Notes: generated by a model not told the origin, from the sequence alone. A stretch of DNA of 64,000 bases from Tubiluchus corallicola (GCA_030141605.1 JAQGDQ010000178.1:124001-188000), one strand, 5' to 3'; positions 1 through 14,322 are shown, counted from the first letter of the stretch. A program made the numbers and translations.

Positions 1-1244
1 ATAATTCATATTTTCACCTTTCTAATGCACGGTTATGTACCTTACTAAAGTGATCACTGGCATTATTTTGAGCGATTATTATAAAGAAATTCTAAACTTC
101 TGACTTTTTTAAATTTGATTAACAATTTACCCAGGGTGAACAGTCCATCCACAATATTTCTCTACTCGTAATGCTATCAGATTTTACGACATTTTGGCCA
201 CACGTTTTAAAGAATGATTTATGTTCAAAGCATCAGTTGTAGTTCTTTTGCAATTCTACCTCGAATACATGAGATGCGGTTTAGTTTCTAGTTCTGTTCA
301 GATTTTAGTTTAGAGTGGAGGCAAATTTTTGTCACCGCTTTTCTAAAATAACAATACTTGCTTAGCTTTAAAATTTAGGGTGTTAAGATTGTGTTCCGTC
401 CTAGCCTTCTGTGCAAAAATAGCCTCTGCAGACTCATTTCTCAAAAGTAATGGCTCTATAAGTAGTAGCCCGAGTTGGAGTTGGTGTTAGGTCCCATGAG
501 CTTGCTGTGTTGGAAAACTGCGCGTGTCCTTAAAACTGCACGTGCCCTGACACTGTGCCTCATTTCTGTGAGTGTGACACTCCCGTACTGAATTAGAATC
601 ACTTTCAGAATCTGGTCTGTCTGATCGGTGTGTATCCACATTACCATTTAAATAGGTTTTCCCTAGATGCTGTGAAAAGCGGCCCCAGTTCTTATTATCA
701 CAGTCCATTTGTTGTGCTTGTTATTTTCAAATGATCTTGAAAGGCACGTGACTTGCGTGCGAATCAAAGGCCAAGTTTTATCGAAGTTTAACTCAAGGAG
801 CTCTGATTAAGGAGGAATGTTGTCACAATAGGAGGATTTTCGTGTAACAACTCTTAACGTTGCACAAAAAAGAGAGAATTAAAAAAGTTATACTGAGACA
901 GTTAAGCATATCCTGGAGAATTTTCTTTTAAAATGACCCATTATGGCTACCGCCACTGGGAGGCGTGCATCATCACACTAAGAGCTAAGATTACGTTTAA
1001 AAGTCAATCAAACCATCCAAATGAATCATATGAAAGCGCAGGGTTAGATATGAAATCATGAATATATGCGTTAATTTTCGCGAAGTAGGCCTATCACTCT
1101 GCTCGTTTTAATTCTGAATTTTGAATTTAATCCCTTGAACTACTGGGTTAAAATTTAAAATTATGAGATTCATGTTTATCAATTCATCAATCGGTAAACT
1201 GCCTTAATGATCAATAAATTCAAAACACCTCTGACGATATACAA

Positions 1245-1621
1245 TAGGGGCGAGCATTCACTACCAGAAAACGAATTCGAATCGAATCGAATTTGTGTCT
1301 TTCGTATTCGAATCGAACCGAACTTCAGTATTTCGAATTTGAATTGCATTTGAACTGAGACTGAAAGATTTTCGAACAAGTTTTCGAACCACCAGTAAAA
1401 ATCAATCTTACAAAGATCATGCATATTACTCGATATTGTTCTGTAGTAAAACCACTAATAATTGGTTTAAAATTGTACACAGAAATCACAGCTAAATTAT
1501 GCTAATTGCATGATGTTTCAATCGTTTTAATGATAAAGAACGTATGTGATTGAAGTGCTGAATTATTCGAATCTATAGTTTTAGGTTCGAATCGAATCCG
1601 AACGTTCGATGCTCGCCTCTA
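1245..1621. mobile_element. hAT-type MITE
   Basis: TIRs TAGGGGCGAGCAT / ATGCTCGCCTCTA; perfect 8-bp TSD ATATACAA (1237-1244, 1622-1629); subterminal TTCGAA/ATCGAAT repeats; no coding capacity. Confidence 0.88.
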
Positions 1622-2361
1622 ATATACAATATATACTACAATATGAAGACATATGTATATATAAAGACATATTTCGGCAATAACAATATTATTGTAATTA
1701 TTGTTTTCAGACGTTTTATAAATGAAGTTGCATGTGGAATGAGCATGAAAAACTAACCAAGTTGTTTAGTAAGTACTGGGAGACTTTTGATGTTAGCTTA
1801 GTTTTTTTTTAAGATAAGATAAGCTGATATACCATAGGTGAAGTCCGACGAATCTAACTAACATTCGCCAATTCACAGTATCCATTTTTAATAATCTTTC
1901 GTCTCAACAAGAATGACAAAATCACAAATCCGTTTAAAAACTCTCTTAATACTCAGCATTTCTGTTAGTTGGTCATGAACATATTTAATAATAATGATTT
2001 TCAACAGTGACTTATAACCATTTTCTATAGCTCACGCCAGATCACGCAGACTAGGCTCAGTAATTAGTGGATGAAGCAATCGCCCACGGAGAGCCGTTTC
2101 AGCAGTTTCCCAATTTATAGCATCCCATCCACTTCCGCTCATTAATATGTAGATACGAGTGCACAGAGTGATGGCATTCAATGAACACAGTTCGAGTTAA
2201 TGAATCTTTCTCCTTCTCTCTCTTATCATCCATCAGTGACTGATTGCTTATAGTAATCTGAAGTCACGTGACTCGCTTCTGGACACTTGATTTGGACGTG
2301 TGAGCGTGCGCGTTTCTCTGCTGGTACTTTTAACACTTAGATGCTTAAACAACTAAGCTTA

Positions 2362-2474
2362 TACATACACATATATATATAACATGTACAAAATAAATAG
2401 AAACGATCTCAGCACTGCACCCTGTGGCACTCTATGTTAAATTCAGCCAAGAATCTGTAATATACTCTATTGCA
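2362..2474 (-). mobile_element. Non-LTR (CR1/L2-like) reverse transcriptase fragment
   Basis: Minus strand reads RVPQGAVLRSFLFILYM, matching the RT motif GVPQGSxLGPLLFxxY, followed by a short TA/CA run; inverted copy of 3235-3340. Confidence 0.7.
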
Positions 2475-3010
2475 TAGCAATGAATAGCAATCGATGGCAC
2501 ATTTGTATGAAACTATGGTCCCAAAGAGAGTGCAAGTTATCATGAAAGATGAATGTGCTCCCATCTGGTCGTAAATACCACTCAATTAACGTTAAAACCA
2601 CAAGAACCTTAAATTCTTTCTATCCCGTTGCAATTCGCACCATCAATAGTAAATTTCAGGAAATCTCCAATAATAATTCTCTACGTCACTGTACAACTAA
2701 TTAAAATATTTGTGTTAATCTCCTTGCTATTTCCATAAGTTATTGCAGCACGCAAAACCACATAAATTTCGTTGTATGTATTATGCTACAATAATAATAA
2801 CTTGTTTACTTATTACTTACTTATTATAACAAACATGTAAATGTGTGCTTTTCTCTTACTTGCTGGGATTTGGGCAGCATATATTAAGCTTAACAACATG
2901 TTGTTATGGTTGCTAACTGGAATACCTGAGCAGAGAGAGATATAATAATTATTTTCTCTACTGATGCGCAGTAAAAGCTGGCAGAGTCTGCACTCTTGTG
3001 TACTTTAAAG

Positions 3011-3355
3011 TTATGTGGATAGCTGTGGCTGGGCTGTGAATTCATCATCTTGTTCAGTCTCTGCTATTGCCATTCGTTTGAAGCACCCGATGTTTTTCAA
3101 AAAGGCAGATATGGTGATAACTAGGATGACGCGAGCCAGTGCTCCAAATGTTAGTCTAACCGTAGATGTATTCGTAATTTCCTTAACAGTTGGTTATCCG
3201 CCTTTTCGTTAACAGTTATTGTTATCCGTCGCTCTGCAATAGAGACACAAGGCTGAGTTTAACATAGAGCACCACAAGGTGCATTGCTGGGACCATTTTT
3301 GTTTAGCTCTTTCTCTCTCCATATATATAATTTATTTAGCTATATATATATATAG

Positions 3356-3424
<69 letters not shown>

Positions 3425-4292
3425 TGGTCCTTTACCAAAATTGTCACTAGCTTCACATCTATATAGACCCTCATCTTCCAAAGTAACTGACTGTTTTTTA
3501 ATAATTCTGCTTGTTTCTTGTAAGGCACTTTGTTCCACGCATAAGCAGGTTCAGGTTACCATCAGCTGCACATTCTTGTTTTAGTTCATCATTAAACGCA
3601 ATATTGTATCCCCCATCATGAAAAATGTTGTTGTCGAAGATTTTTTTCACATATTGCACGTTTAATGTTTTATTGACAAATTGCATTTCCAACAGATTAT
3701 GCACCTATACTCTTTCACTACACTGCATTGTTGTCTCCAGCTTTAAAATTATGAATCAATGTACTAACGTAATCCTCATGTTGCATTGTTGATTCCGTTA
3801 TATTTTCTATATCAACAATCCATTTGAAATAGGTTTAAGATTGCCGCCTTAAGATTGCCACTACATTTAAATCCAAACTTGCATCATTAGCCTTTACTGC
3901 GACTTCTTCGTCGTTAGCTAAATCAGCACCTTTAAATGTCATGGTAAATGATGGAGTAACCAGACTTCAGTTCCTGTTCAAGTCCTTTCTTAATGAAGGA
4001 TTTTATTAATAATAGGACCATCACGCTGGGGCACATTTATATCTGAAACTTTTATACTCCAATTTCCAAGTGTTTCGTCTGTTTGCGGATAAAGTAAAGT
4101 CCTTATGAAACACTTATAGAACACTGTAAGTTAAAGTCATGGTAACGTAATAATCTTCTATTACAGTAATTACACAGTTCAAGTAAACATTTTCTCAAGG
4201 AGCACTAGCAATATCCAATGGCTCCATTTTAAAAGGTGATTCTCTCCGCATACGCATGCAACCAGCAAAAGAATACTGAGATATGATCTCAT
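3011..4292 (-). pseudogene. Decayed type-I membrane protein with signal peptide, three Ig domains, TM and short tail (nectin/CADM-like architecture)
   Basis: Across frameshifts/stops: MRSYLSILLLVACVCGE (signal); PFKMEPLDIASAP*ENVYLNCVI...NWSIKVSDI; FKCSGN..FKWIVD..YVSTLIHNFKAGDNNAV; KTLNVQY..ECAADGN.EPAYAWNK..SVTLEDEGLYRCEASDNFGK|AERRITITV; TM LTFGALARVILVITISAFL, then KNIGCFKR...QLST*. Splice acceptor ttttatttcag upstream at 4390. Confidence 0.8.
3238..3430 (+). mobile_element. LINE RT fragment with internal (TA)n expansion, inserted antisense into the Ig pseudogene
   Basis: Reads RAPQGALLGPFLFS...(IY)n...IYMNG; removing it rejoins GGT AAA | GCA GAG CGA (GK|AER) on the minus strand. Confidence 0.72.
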
Positions 4293-6523
4293 CTGATGTT
4301 TCAGACTTGTCAATACTCTTTTATACTGCTGATAATTTGTGGCTACAATACAATGTAGCCCGTATGTTGTTTTCTATATGAACCCGAGTCTGAAATAAAA
4401 TGATTAACTTCAAACGAATAACGAATTTTACGTAAATTCCTTAAACAGTGGCTATATTTAAACTAAAGAGGCCCAATGGTGCACCCTCCTTCTTGTTTTC
4501 TTCTAAATTATTCATTCTTTGTTCCCTATTGCCTCCTTCTAACAAACAATTTTTTCTAAATTTAAGTTATTATCTTAAGTCTTATATTTGCTATAAAGAG
4601 AATCCAAAAGGTTGTTAGGCTGTTGTTGCATGTTTTGTGCTAGTCAAGACTTATGACTTACTAACAGCAGTCAGAACACCAGAGTTTAATTCACTGATTC
4701 GTTGTCTGTGACTGCGGGTCTGGCTTGGCTATGCAGGTGATGCTAAATTTGTATTGATTTTGCCGGTCGTTAAAATCACTCATATCGCATTAAATTAGGT
4801 CTGGCATAAATTAGTCTTTGCAGTAATTCCTCAGATGATATTTTAAATTACTCCTAAAGTAATGTCAAATAAATTAATAATTTAGTAAACAGCAGGCGTG
4901 TGCATATGTGTGAGCGAAAGTGTGACTGTGTGTGCGTCTTTTTGTGAGAACATGTGAAAGCGTGGCGTTTGTGCTTTGTGAGTAATCATCTTAACAAACA
5001 AACTAACGCATCAACAACGATGAAAATTTCATGGCGGAGGTAATTATAATCAAAATATAAACCTATTAGGGCAATTGTAACCCTCATCCTAAACCCTTAT
5101 TTTCTCAAGTGTGCCGCTTTTCTATTTTTCCATCAGTGACATTTTCCCTGCGTCTTTTACTGTGCCATTTTTACCGCGCACCGCCTGCCTTAACATTGTA
5201 TAACTTTGGTCGTGAGATACACGGGCGAAACCACTTGGCATCATGAGCAATCAGATAAGAATCCGTAAGGTGAAAAAACTGCAATAAACCACGGAAAAAT
5301 GATACACCTTATATTCAAGATAATTAGACACTGTGGCCACATAAATTGACATTGTGGTGGCAGGTATACAGAGTATTGAGCACAGTAACAAAGTTACACG
5401 CTCTGCAGGCTCATGCAAACCTCATTATATGATAATATTACATGCATATATTAAATTACTGGTTACATTTCGCTTTAAATTTATACAAATTCTGAGCAGA
5501 CAAATACATGTAACAGAAAATTACTATTGTAGTACGCATGCTCGAACCACATTGTTGCAAAATTTCAGTCCACAAACTCATGCATGGCTATAGCCTGTAT
5601 GTAGCTCGTAACAGCGCTCTGATCTTACACTATTACAGCATCACTGTTAGTGTCATTGGCGCCATCATCATCGTCATCGCCGGTAACACGGGAAGAGCAA
5701 CATATAACAAACCAATAATCTGTCACCATAGTAACTGGCCAACAAGAAGTAATTCTAGAAAAAGAAACTAATATCGAGAGTTACGAAAAAAATAGTTGAG
5801 GAAAAGATCGCTATTGTAGTTACGGAAGAAACAAAAGAATTTCTAGAGAGTCCAAAAACTTGACGCATTCATGGGTCATTTCGAAATTTGCCGTGGGAAT
5901 GTATTTTAAGAACTGTCTCGACTGTTGAAAACTACCTGGTTGCTGTTGAAACAGAACCAAAGAAATACGACGCCATTGGAGACAGAAAGAAAAGCAAAGT
6001 ATTTCATGCCAAGAAACGCAAAGCAGCGAGAAACAGATCATACCGTAGTCAAAGGGAAGCAGTTGAAAAAACTGTTGCCGTATTATTAGATTAAACATCT
6101 TTATATTATCACAAGAAGTAAAAAGTTGTCACAGTGTCGCAGTGGTTAGCTTGTAAAATATGAAAGATGCTACATTTACATTCTGCAGTATGCCTGTCAT
6201 TTTTTGTTTTACTTTAGCGGCCAAGCCTTTCCCGTCTTCTTTTGAGTCACATCCTATAATTTTCATGAAGTAAGCTTAGAACGAATGTTTAGTTAGCATT
6301 CTTGACCGAATGTTTAGTTAGCATTCTTGACCGAATGTTTTCAAAATAATCACATCAGATAGTAACCTCATGACAAAAGCCTATATCCATTGAGGTATTA
6401 ATAGGTATTCAAATTCAGGAACAAAATCAATGAATCCTTGTGTAGGTTTAGAGCACAAAATGTTTACCTCAAAAAAGCAAGGCAAAAGACAAGGGAGAGG
6501 AAAAGGGTATTCAAAGGGAAGAA

Positions 6524-6683
<160 letters not shown>

Positions 6684-7932
6684 CACCTCCCAGAGAAAGC
6701 GACTGAAAGGTCAGCTTGAACTTTACTTGCTACTTAGCATTTTAAAGGCAATTTTGCTCGTCACAATGTACTTGCCCTGCTGCTGATATTACAACTTATT
6801 AATCAATTCATAAGTAAGTCAGCAGTATATTAATGCCATAATATTCATAATATGGGGCAATCAATGAACGTATAACAAGATTCTCAGTTACCGCGAATAG
6901 CAGAAGGAAATTGTTATCAGGCCTAGAAAGTAACAAACTCTAGGACGCAGAACATTAGTAATAACTTTATAAGAGCAAAACAGTTTAAGTAAAAATGGTC
7001 TAGGACCAAGAAGTCTATTGGCTACAGAATGTCTTGGTGCCCCATTTTCATGGATACGCCATCATGGCTTCTAATGATCGCGACGAAGCACTTTTTCAGC
7101 ATGCGTAGGTTTTAGATAGGGCTATTGTACAATCATTAATAGCTTGGTTGCATAACGGTTGCATATTATAAAATAATATGATTTATAAACAAGTTGTGAT
7201 TTATAATAATCTAGCTGGAAGGAATTTTAGGCAACTTTTTAGACAGCAAACTGAATAAAGAATCATTAATCGTGGTTACTTTGATAAACAAGTCTAAAAA
7301 TAACTTGATTTCTCATATTCCTCCAAAGCCTACTACATTCCTTTTCATTTTCCTCTTCCTTCACATTTTCCTGCTCTTCTTCTCCGTCAATGGATGTTGC
7401 ATAAATAGGCTATGAACTTTCCTGAACAAACTAAATTTAATTTGTTAATGAAGAATTGACCTGGCAGGGACTGTACTAACTGATGCTTTATGCTAGCAGG
7501 CCGCAATCAAAACTCGTTTGTGGACTCTTTGTCACTGCTATTCCGGTCATGAGTCACAAGTGTCGAGATATGATTACCCATTTCTATATATGACCACATT
7601 GACTTTAATACACACGTAAACTGTTGAACTCGAGTCAGATAAACAGCGCGTTTCAGGAAGTTTGAATAGTTACTCGCGTCGTTGTAGACTGTTGTCATGG
7701 CATCCACATGGGGAAGCCTTATGTCGCTGTTTGATTACATGATTATTGTTTTTGCGCATAATTATGGTAACTGGAATGAACTGCTATACTATGCAGACTT
7801 TGTTACTGCATAAACAAAGCTATATGTCATGCAGTATTTTGGTTATGGTTCAATTCTCTTTATTCTGTAGAATTCGGATTCTAAAAAATGACAAAATGAC
7901 AAGTCAACCTGCATGAAAAGCGACTACGCTTA

Positions 7933-8471
7933 GGGCCGCTTCACACAGAGGACGCGCGGCAAAATTCCTCGAGGAAAAACTCCTGTATCATTTCTCACGA
8001 AAATGGAACACGTTATTTTCTGTAGCGCATTTCATACAGACGTTTCAGGAGAAATTTTCCCCATGAGAAATTCTGCCGCCAACTGTGCATCCTCTTCGCG
8101 AGGAATTTTGTCGCTTGGTCGAAATTGAGCAAATTCCATTTGTATGAGGATCCCGTACAGAACCTAAGGTAAAATTTTATGGTGTTTATATTCGTGAAGA
8201 CGAATAACGCACGCAGTTATTATTCTGTCTATGCTCATAATATGTGACTGGAAAGTGGCTAGAGGTTACTCAAAAATAAACAGGTCCACTGTTGACTAGA
8301 CCTATTAATTGTAATTTGTGTAAATCGGAATCTGCAAAGGCAATGAACGCTGCAGTTGTAGTTGGATGTATGTAAAGAACCTCGAGGTTTCTTGCTAAAT
8401 ATTTCTGAAAATTTTCTGATTTTGTGAGAATCCTATGTGATTTACCTTACGTTGTCTGTGTGAAATGGGCC
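7933..8471. mobile_element. PIF/Harbinger-like MITE
   Basis: Imperfect TIRs GGGCCGCTTCACACAGA / TCTGTGTGAAATGGGCC, flanked by TTA and TCA (3-bp TSD-like). Confidence 0.6.
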
Positions 8472-9016
8472 TCATTCTTGGCTATTCCTGCTCTCTACAT
8501 CTATAGCACAATGAATGTAACTATGTTGTTAGAGATTGACTTTTCGTAATATTCACTGGTTCACTTCCTTATAAGTTGCCATTATTACGTTGTTTCTTAT
8601 TTATTACATGCCTTAAATGCCCGGTTATAGATTTTCGCTTCTCAAAGGGAAGTTTACTGACTGCAATGTAGTCAACCAATGTCACGTAGTGATCTAAAAA
8701 CTCACTAAAACACTGAAATTTGAGCATGTTATCAATTTGGACTGACTACACACCCTAGCCTTACACCTGAGTAGCTACTGCTCATCGTGTGTAGGTGATG
8801 CAAAATTTACACCGCGGGATAATAGAACTTTGCTTGTATGTTAATATTTTATAAGGAGTTAACCAAGTATAACTTTCCATGCAATTTTGATGAAACGTGC
8901 GGCTAAAACTGATTACCTGAATTAATTAGTTTACAGCTGCCGCGGCGGAATGTTTTTCGTAATTAGCCTGTTAAGATTCTGAGTGGTAAGTGATGAACGT
9001 AAATCATGACAATGCA

Positions 9017-9292
9017 CAGGGCCTATTTCAGGGGGGGGGGGAGTGGGGATACTTCCCCGGGGCCTCACCCTCCAGGGGGGCCTCGTGCCTAGGTAACATT
9101 TTTTTTGTTTTATGCGAACATACTGCCTCCTCGCTATTTTCTCTTCGAAAATGCTTCTCCGGCGTTCTAAAAGTTCAAAAATTTTGTGGGCGCCAACCAT
9201 GGTGGCGCCCGCCCACGGCAATTTGTGCCCCCCCCGAAGGGGCCTCACACGCCCCACTTCCCCAGGCCTGGCTTAGGCTGAAATAGGCTCTG
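9017..9292. mobile_element. hAT-type MITE, GC-rich
   Basis: TIRs CAGGGCCTATTTCAG / CTGAAATAGGCTCTG; perfect 8-bp TSD ACAATGCA (9009-9016, 9293-9300). Confidence 0.92.
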
Positions 9293-11896
9293 ACAATGCA
9301 GATTCGTCTATCAGGAGTGTTGTTTCATTAATATTGTCTCCTAATTTAGGTTTAACGGGTTTTGGAAGAAACGTTGTTCCCACCCATCATTTTTTCATGT
9401 CTTTTTGCCCATGTCTTTCATCTTTTCGTTCACTCGGTCCATCTTTTTTCTTCTTCTTCCTCTCAGTTCCGTTTCTTTGCCTTTCTTGTCTCTCTCCCTT
9501 TTCTCGTTCTTTCCCCTTTTCCTCTCCTCCTACTTTTCTCTTTCTTCTCACTTTTCCTGGTGTTCTGTCTCTCGCTCTTACTCATTCTCTCTCCCCCTTT
9601 TCCTCGCGTTCTTTGTCTCTCTTCACAGTTCAGTGAGAGACATGAGCGCAACAGTTGTAGTACAATGCACAAAGCATGCATTGTCACTGATAGATGGCAT
9701 AATAGTCGGATATTGCGTCAGCTAGTAGTTCAGTGTTGTTATGACGTAGTGCGGCATGGTTGCTGTCCTTGTGGAACGATGTGAATGTTGTTGCTATTAG
9801 TGATTAATAAAATTGTTGTTTATTTCATGACATTAAATGTAAGCTTAATGAGTTTTGTATGATGGGCATTAGGAACATTGCATAATGCAAGATAAAAAAG
9901 CACAACTCATTACAACACAGCACAATGCCATATAACACAGCCAAAAATAATTAAAAAACACCACCTTTAAACTGAACACAACACAAAACTCCAGCACAAT
10001 GCAGAGCACCTCGACTCAGTGCAATGCATCACAACACAATGTATTGCAAAACTAAACAACGCAGTAAAGGACAGCAGCATAGTATAACAATGCACAACAC
10101 AATGTGACACAAATGAAAAAAGAACCAACATATTACAATATTATCATTGTTCTTGCTACAGTAAAACGCATTTTGTCTTTTCTAAGTAAGTGATGTGAGA
10201 AATGACGTATCTCACCCGGTCTTTTCAGACCTCTCTTCCTAAATGTATCCCATCGTTCCTGTGTTTTTAGCTTAATTCCCTTTATTATAATACTAATTTA
10301 GGAAGAGATTATACTCCTACCTCGGTATGTACATAATTGATTACACATGTTTGCACGCTGACATCTCTAATGACTGATCTATAGATGGCGTAGCTAGACA
10401 TGAAACCACGTACATGTCAAAGAAAATTATACTACTGTTTGCCATTTCTGTTAACTTTCCGTGGGGAATACACAGTCAGTTTGGTTGCTGATGATTGTGG
10501 CTTGGTGTAGGTGTACCTTCGGCGTACATGCTTGCAAAAGCTTGTGTTATGTTAGTTTAACAGCGAACTAAAGATGCCCCGTGCTGCCGTTTCATAGTGC
10601 CCAGCAGTCCTCTACGCTATGTATAATTAATAGGGTGCACGAATAGTCACTTTTGCACATCATGCCTCAGTTTTTTGTTATATTTGTGTTTTTTTTGTGA
10701 ACTGGACGTTTTAATACACGGGCTTAATAACAGTTTCAGGAAAGAAAGGAAAGAAAGGCCTAGCATTTATTTTCATGCAAATCACTCCAAACAAGATAAA
10801 TAGTCGCTCAAGACAAGCAGTAAAATGTGAAGATTTGAACTCATCTCTAGAGAAATACAATTCATATAATTAATTTGTTAGTGATAGAAGATATCAATGA
10901 GCCTTCTCACAGATCCAGCGATTGGAGATGATCGTGAAAAGGTCAAAGGTTAAGTGTACCAGTGAGCGTGTTTGTGAACACTTAACAACACCTCGCAGCC
11001 CTTGCTGTTGTTATAGTAACAATTTTAACAGCCAGCTCGAACATTACCTAGTTCATTTTTTCTTGTTTCCAAATAAGATCTTGCTAGTAAATCACTCTAC
11101 GCACAGATTAATGCATAATTAAGTAAAGTCCACGTAAAACAACTGAAGTAAATAAATTGATGCAGCAGACGGCTTTGCTTTACACAATAATTGTCAAGTG
11201 AAGGTTGTAATTAAGGCGCGTTGCTATGGTACACTTAACCTTTGTCCTGCAGCAACTGCTCGTGCGCACAACGAAACTATAAATAGGTTTATTGTTCCGC
11301 GGCTTGAATCAAGTGAGTTTGTAGCTTTCAGGGAAATAATTTTGTAACAGGGAATTCTACAGATAAGACACCCGAGAGAAAAACTGAATCATTTTGGTCT
11401 TCACAATCGTTTAATAAATGAATTATACTAAAAGACTTAAACACTTTTTATTTTTAATGGACAAACTTGTACTTGAGATTTTTACCCGCAAATGAGGTTA
11501 ATGGTGTCACAAATTAACTAGTTAACTGTTGAAGATTGTCAATTTTGTTCCTTCAGTTGAGCTGAACAGCGTGTAATGCGTAGTCTATATGATTCGAGCT
11601 GGCTTCTCAACCCATGAAGCAACCTAGAAAATACGGGAGTGTCTCTTTAGTGTCTCTCTCTAGTTTTTTTATTACTTTGTTTTCTATTTCATTTTTGTAT
11701 TTATATTTTATACGATCTTAGCTACTGAAATAAAGTTTGAATTTAGTTGAATTGTAGTTTCTGCGTTTAAGTGAACCTGTAGACCCATTTGTCAGGTAAG
11801 AGATGTTTCTTTGTAATTATATTTCATACTAGAGCGGCTGGAGTTGTTACAACAGTCATATTGAGGTAAATTCACGGAAGGGAGTGAAGAAGATAA

Positions 11897-11922
11897 ACAG
11901 ACAGGCAGACAGGCAGACAGGC

Positions 11923-11969
<47 letters not shown>

Positions 11970-11986
11970 GACAGACAGACAGACAG
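11897..11986. repeat. (GACA)n/(GGCA) tetranucleotide repeat
   Basis: Directly visible. Confidence 0.95.
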
Positions 11987-13492
11987 GTCATGTTGACATT
12001 AAAGGACGCATGCGCTATACTTTACTGAATCCTTATTTCTTTAACAAAATTGGATCACCAAAATTTGAAGTGTTGATTACAAATTGCAATTACACTGGAC
12101 GTAAAAAGAGCGAATTCGATGAGTCTTGCTCTTAGTGCTGCTAATTGTAATCTGTCATGTAATTAAAATAGCTTTGACCTTGGATATTTTTATAGCACAT
12201 TGCTACATGGGTATTTGTGTTTGTTCATTAGGCAATAAAACACCGTGTTCGAAAAACCGTCTCTCTTCGTTTCTATCTTATAGTCTCTTTTCAGCTTTCA
12301 AAAAGGTCATTTATTTTTACCTTTTCGTCGATAATAATATTGTTATCTTTGTGATGAATATCATTCCTATCGTTGATATCGACATTATCATCATCATTAT
12401 CATCATCATCGTCGGCATCGTCTCTATCGCCACCATAATTTCATGATTCGTCAAGTTTTTCATTAATTTCTTTCTTTTCACACATACACCCATGCATCTG
12501 ATGGATGGGTAGAATGGATAGACTAACACAATTTCACTAGGATATCCTGTTAAACGTGTAAACCCCGCTAGATTTCAACCAATTCTCCTGCGATATAAAA
12601 GCGAAAGTTTGCTCTTTATTGAACAGCAATGGCGATTTTGCTGCAGTTTTTCAAATCATCGGTTAGAATTGTTTGAGTTAAGTATAAGCCAGGATTGTCT
12701 GTCATGGCGGTTCCAAGACTGATTCACTTCGCCACCGAGCATGGAGATCTTCAATCTGAAATGCCAATCGTCACGTTGGAATTCAAAGTTTATAAAAATG
12801 TTTCATTTTTATTCTTTGAGCTAAATTAATTTTGGTTTGAAAAAAGGTTTAAGAAAGTGTAATGTTGTTTGCCATACATCAGGATTCGAATTACGCACGT
12901 GGACACATTGGCCTGTTTTTTTAGTAAAATTACAAAAGTATCATGTAGATTATCCTTTTCGTTAATGATGTTGTTTATCCATTAATCCTACTTGCGTAAC
13001 TGTGAGGACTATCACTAAGTATTATCCAATAACTTAGTACATACAAACTCACGTAGGCCAAAACTATGATCGTATAACACTTTATTATAAAACTACATAA
13101 TAACTATAATGAAATAGCAAAGACACGGGCTACTGGCACCTGTAAAGTCAGTAGGAAGGTTGACTCTGGAAGCCTTGGGAAAGGTTTTTATCATTTTTTC
13201 CTTTATGTCAACGAATTCTTCGATATATCAAATTTCCAATAGCTGTGGTCAGTTGTAGCCACCTGGCTTAAGCATTAGGATGTGTCCTTAATTCGTCTCT
13301 TCACTTTGCACAACTACAACTGGTGACGTGACTTGTTGAAAACCCGTTAAATTAGACTATAAATAAATCTAATTGCTTAAACAAAATGATAATTTAATGT
13401 GTTTAACAAACTTTAATAATTTCAATGGTTTTAACAAATTTTTAATAGTCTAAAAGTTTTATTAATTTTTTTTAGAATTTAAGTCACATCCG

Positions 13493-13715
13493 CGATATCG
13501 TAATTAGTATATCTATGACATAAGTAATTAAGAACTATGTCGTAGAAGAACACTGTAGCAAACCTGATTGATGTCGTAAGTAAGTATCTCTACGACTTAA
13601 GTAATTAAGAACTATATAGCGGAAGAACACTGTAGCAAACCTGATTGATGTCGTAAGTAAGTATCTCTACGACTTAAGTAATTAAGAACTATATAGCGGA
13701 AGAACACTGTAGCAA
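13493..13715. repeat. 77-bp tandem repeat, ~3 copies
   Basis: Identical units begin at 13561 and 13638 (AACCTGATTGATGTCGTAAG...CACTGTAGCA); diverged partial copy upstream; internal hairpin GTCGTA...TACGAC. Confidence 0.9.
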
Positions 13716-14152
13716 TCAAATTGACTCGGATCAGAATGTTGGACATTTTATGGTGTCATTGTTAAATACACGTTAAGTTACCAACGTTTAATTGGCGTTT
13801 GACTGTACCAAAGAGCACGCGACAACCACAAAATGACCACGTCTTATTATACTTTAATACCCAGTTTCACTGTCTGTGCAATGTACGCTGTGTGCACAAT
13901 ATAGTGTATATTGGGTACAATGGAAAAATGCACTGTTTACCATAGATATTCAACTTTTATACAACAGTTCACACTACAAACCGAAATACAGCACTAAACG
14001 ACCTTCTGAATTTGAGTTGTTGTGGGGACTGGAATCTAGATTACTATCAAAGCCAACTCTCTAGCAGTTCTATGCGCTTCAACATGTTTGGTGTGAATAC
14101 ATTTTTCTCTTAATAACGAAACGAGCTCGAATTAATATGACTAATGAAAGTA

Positions 14153-14210
14153 GGTATTGAATCCAGGCGGTCACGAATAAATCACTGGCCGCCTCCGCGT
14201 TGCTTAACTT
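14153..14210 (-). mobile_element. 5S rRNA-derived fragment (pseudogene or SINE3-like)
   Basis: Minus strand AAGTTAAGCAACG..GGCCAGTG..GTGACCGCCTGG..AATACC resembles the internal control region of invertebrate 5S rRNA (AAGTTAAGCAACG...GTGACCGCCTGGGAATACC); truncated and diverged. Confidence 0.65.
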
Positions 14211-14221
14211 TGGGCTTCCAT

Positions 14222-14223
14222 CA

Positions 14224-14319
<96 letters not shown>

Positions 14320-14322
14320 GAC
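14222..14322. repeat. (CACG)n-(CA)n compound microsatellite
   Basis: Directly visible. Confidence 0.96.

Noticed and set aside
456-870. Minus-strand ORFs as a cytoplasmic-tail exon of the Ig pseudogene
   Set aside because: No recognisable motif or reliable splice link, and the Ig relic already ends at a stop at 3011
5760-6094. Lys/Arg-rich ORF, possibly a LINE inter-domain relic
   Set aside because: No diagnostic motif; cannot be assigned by eye
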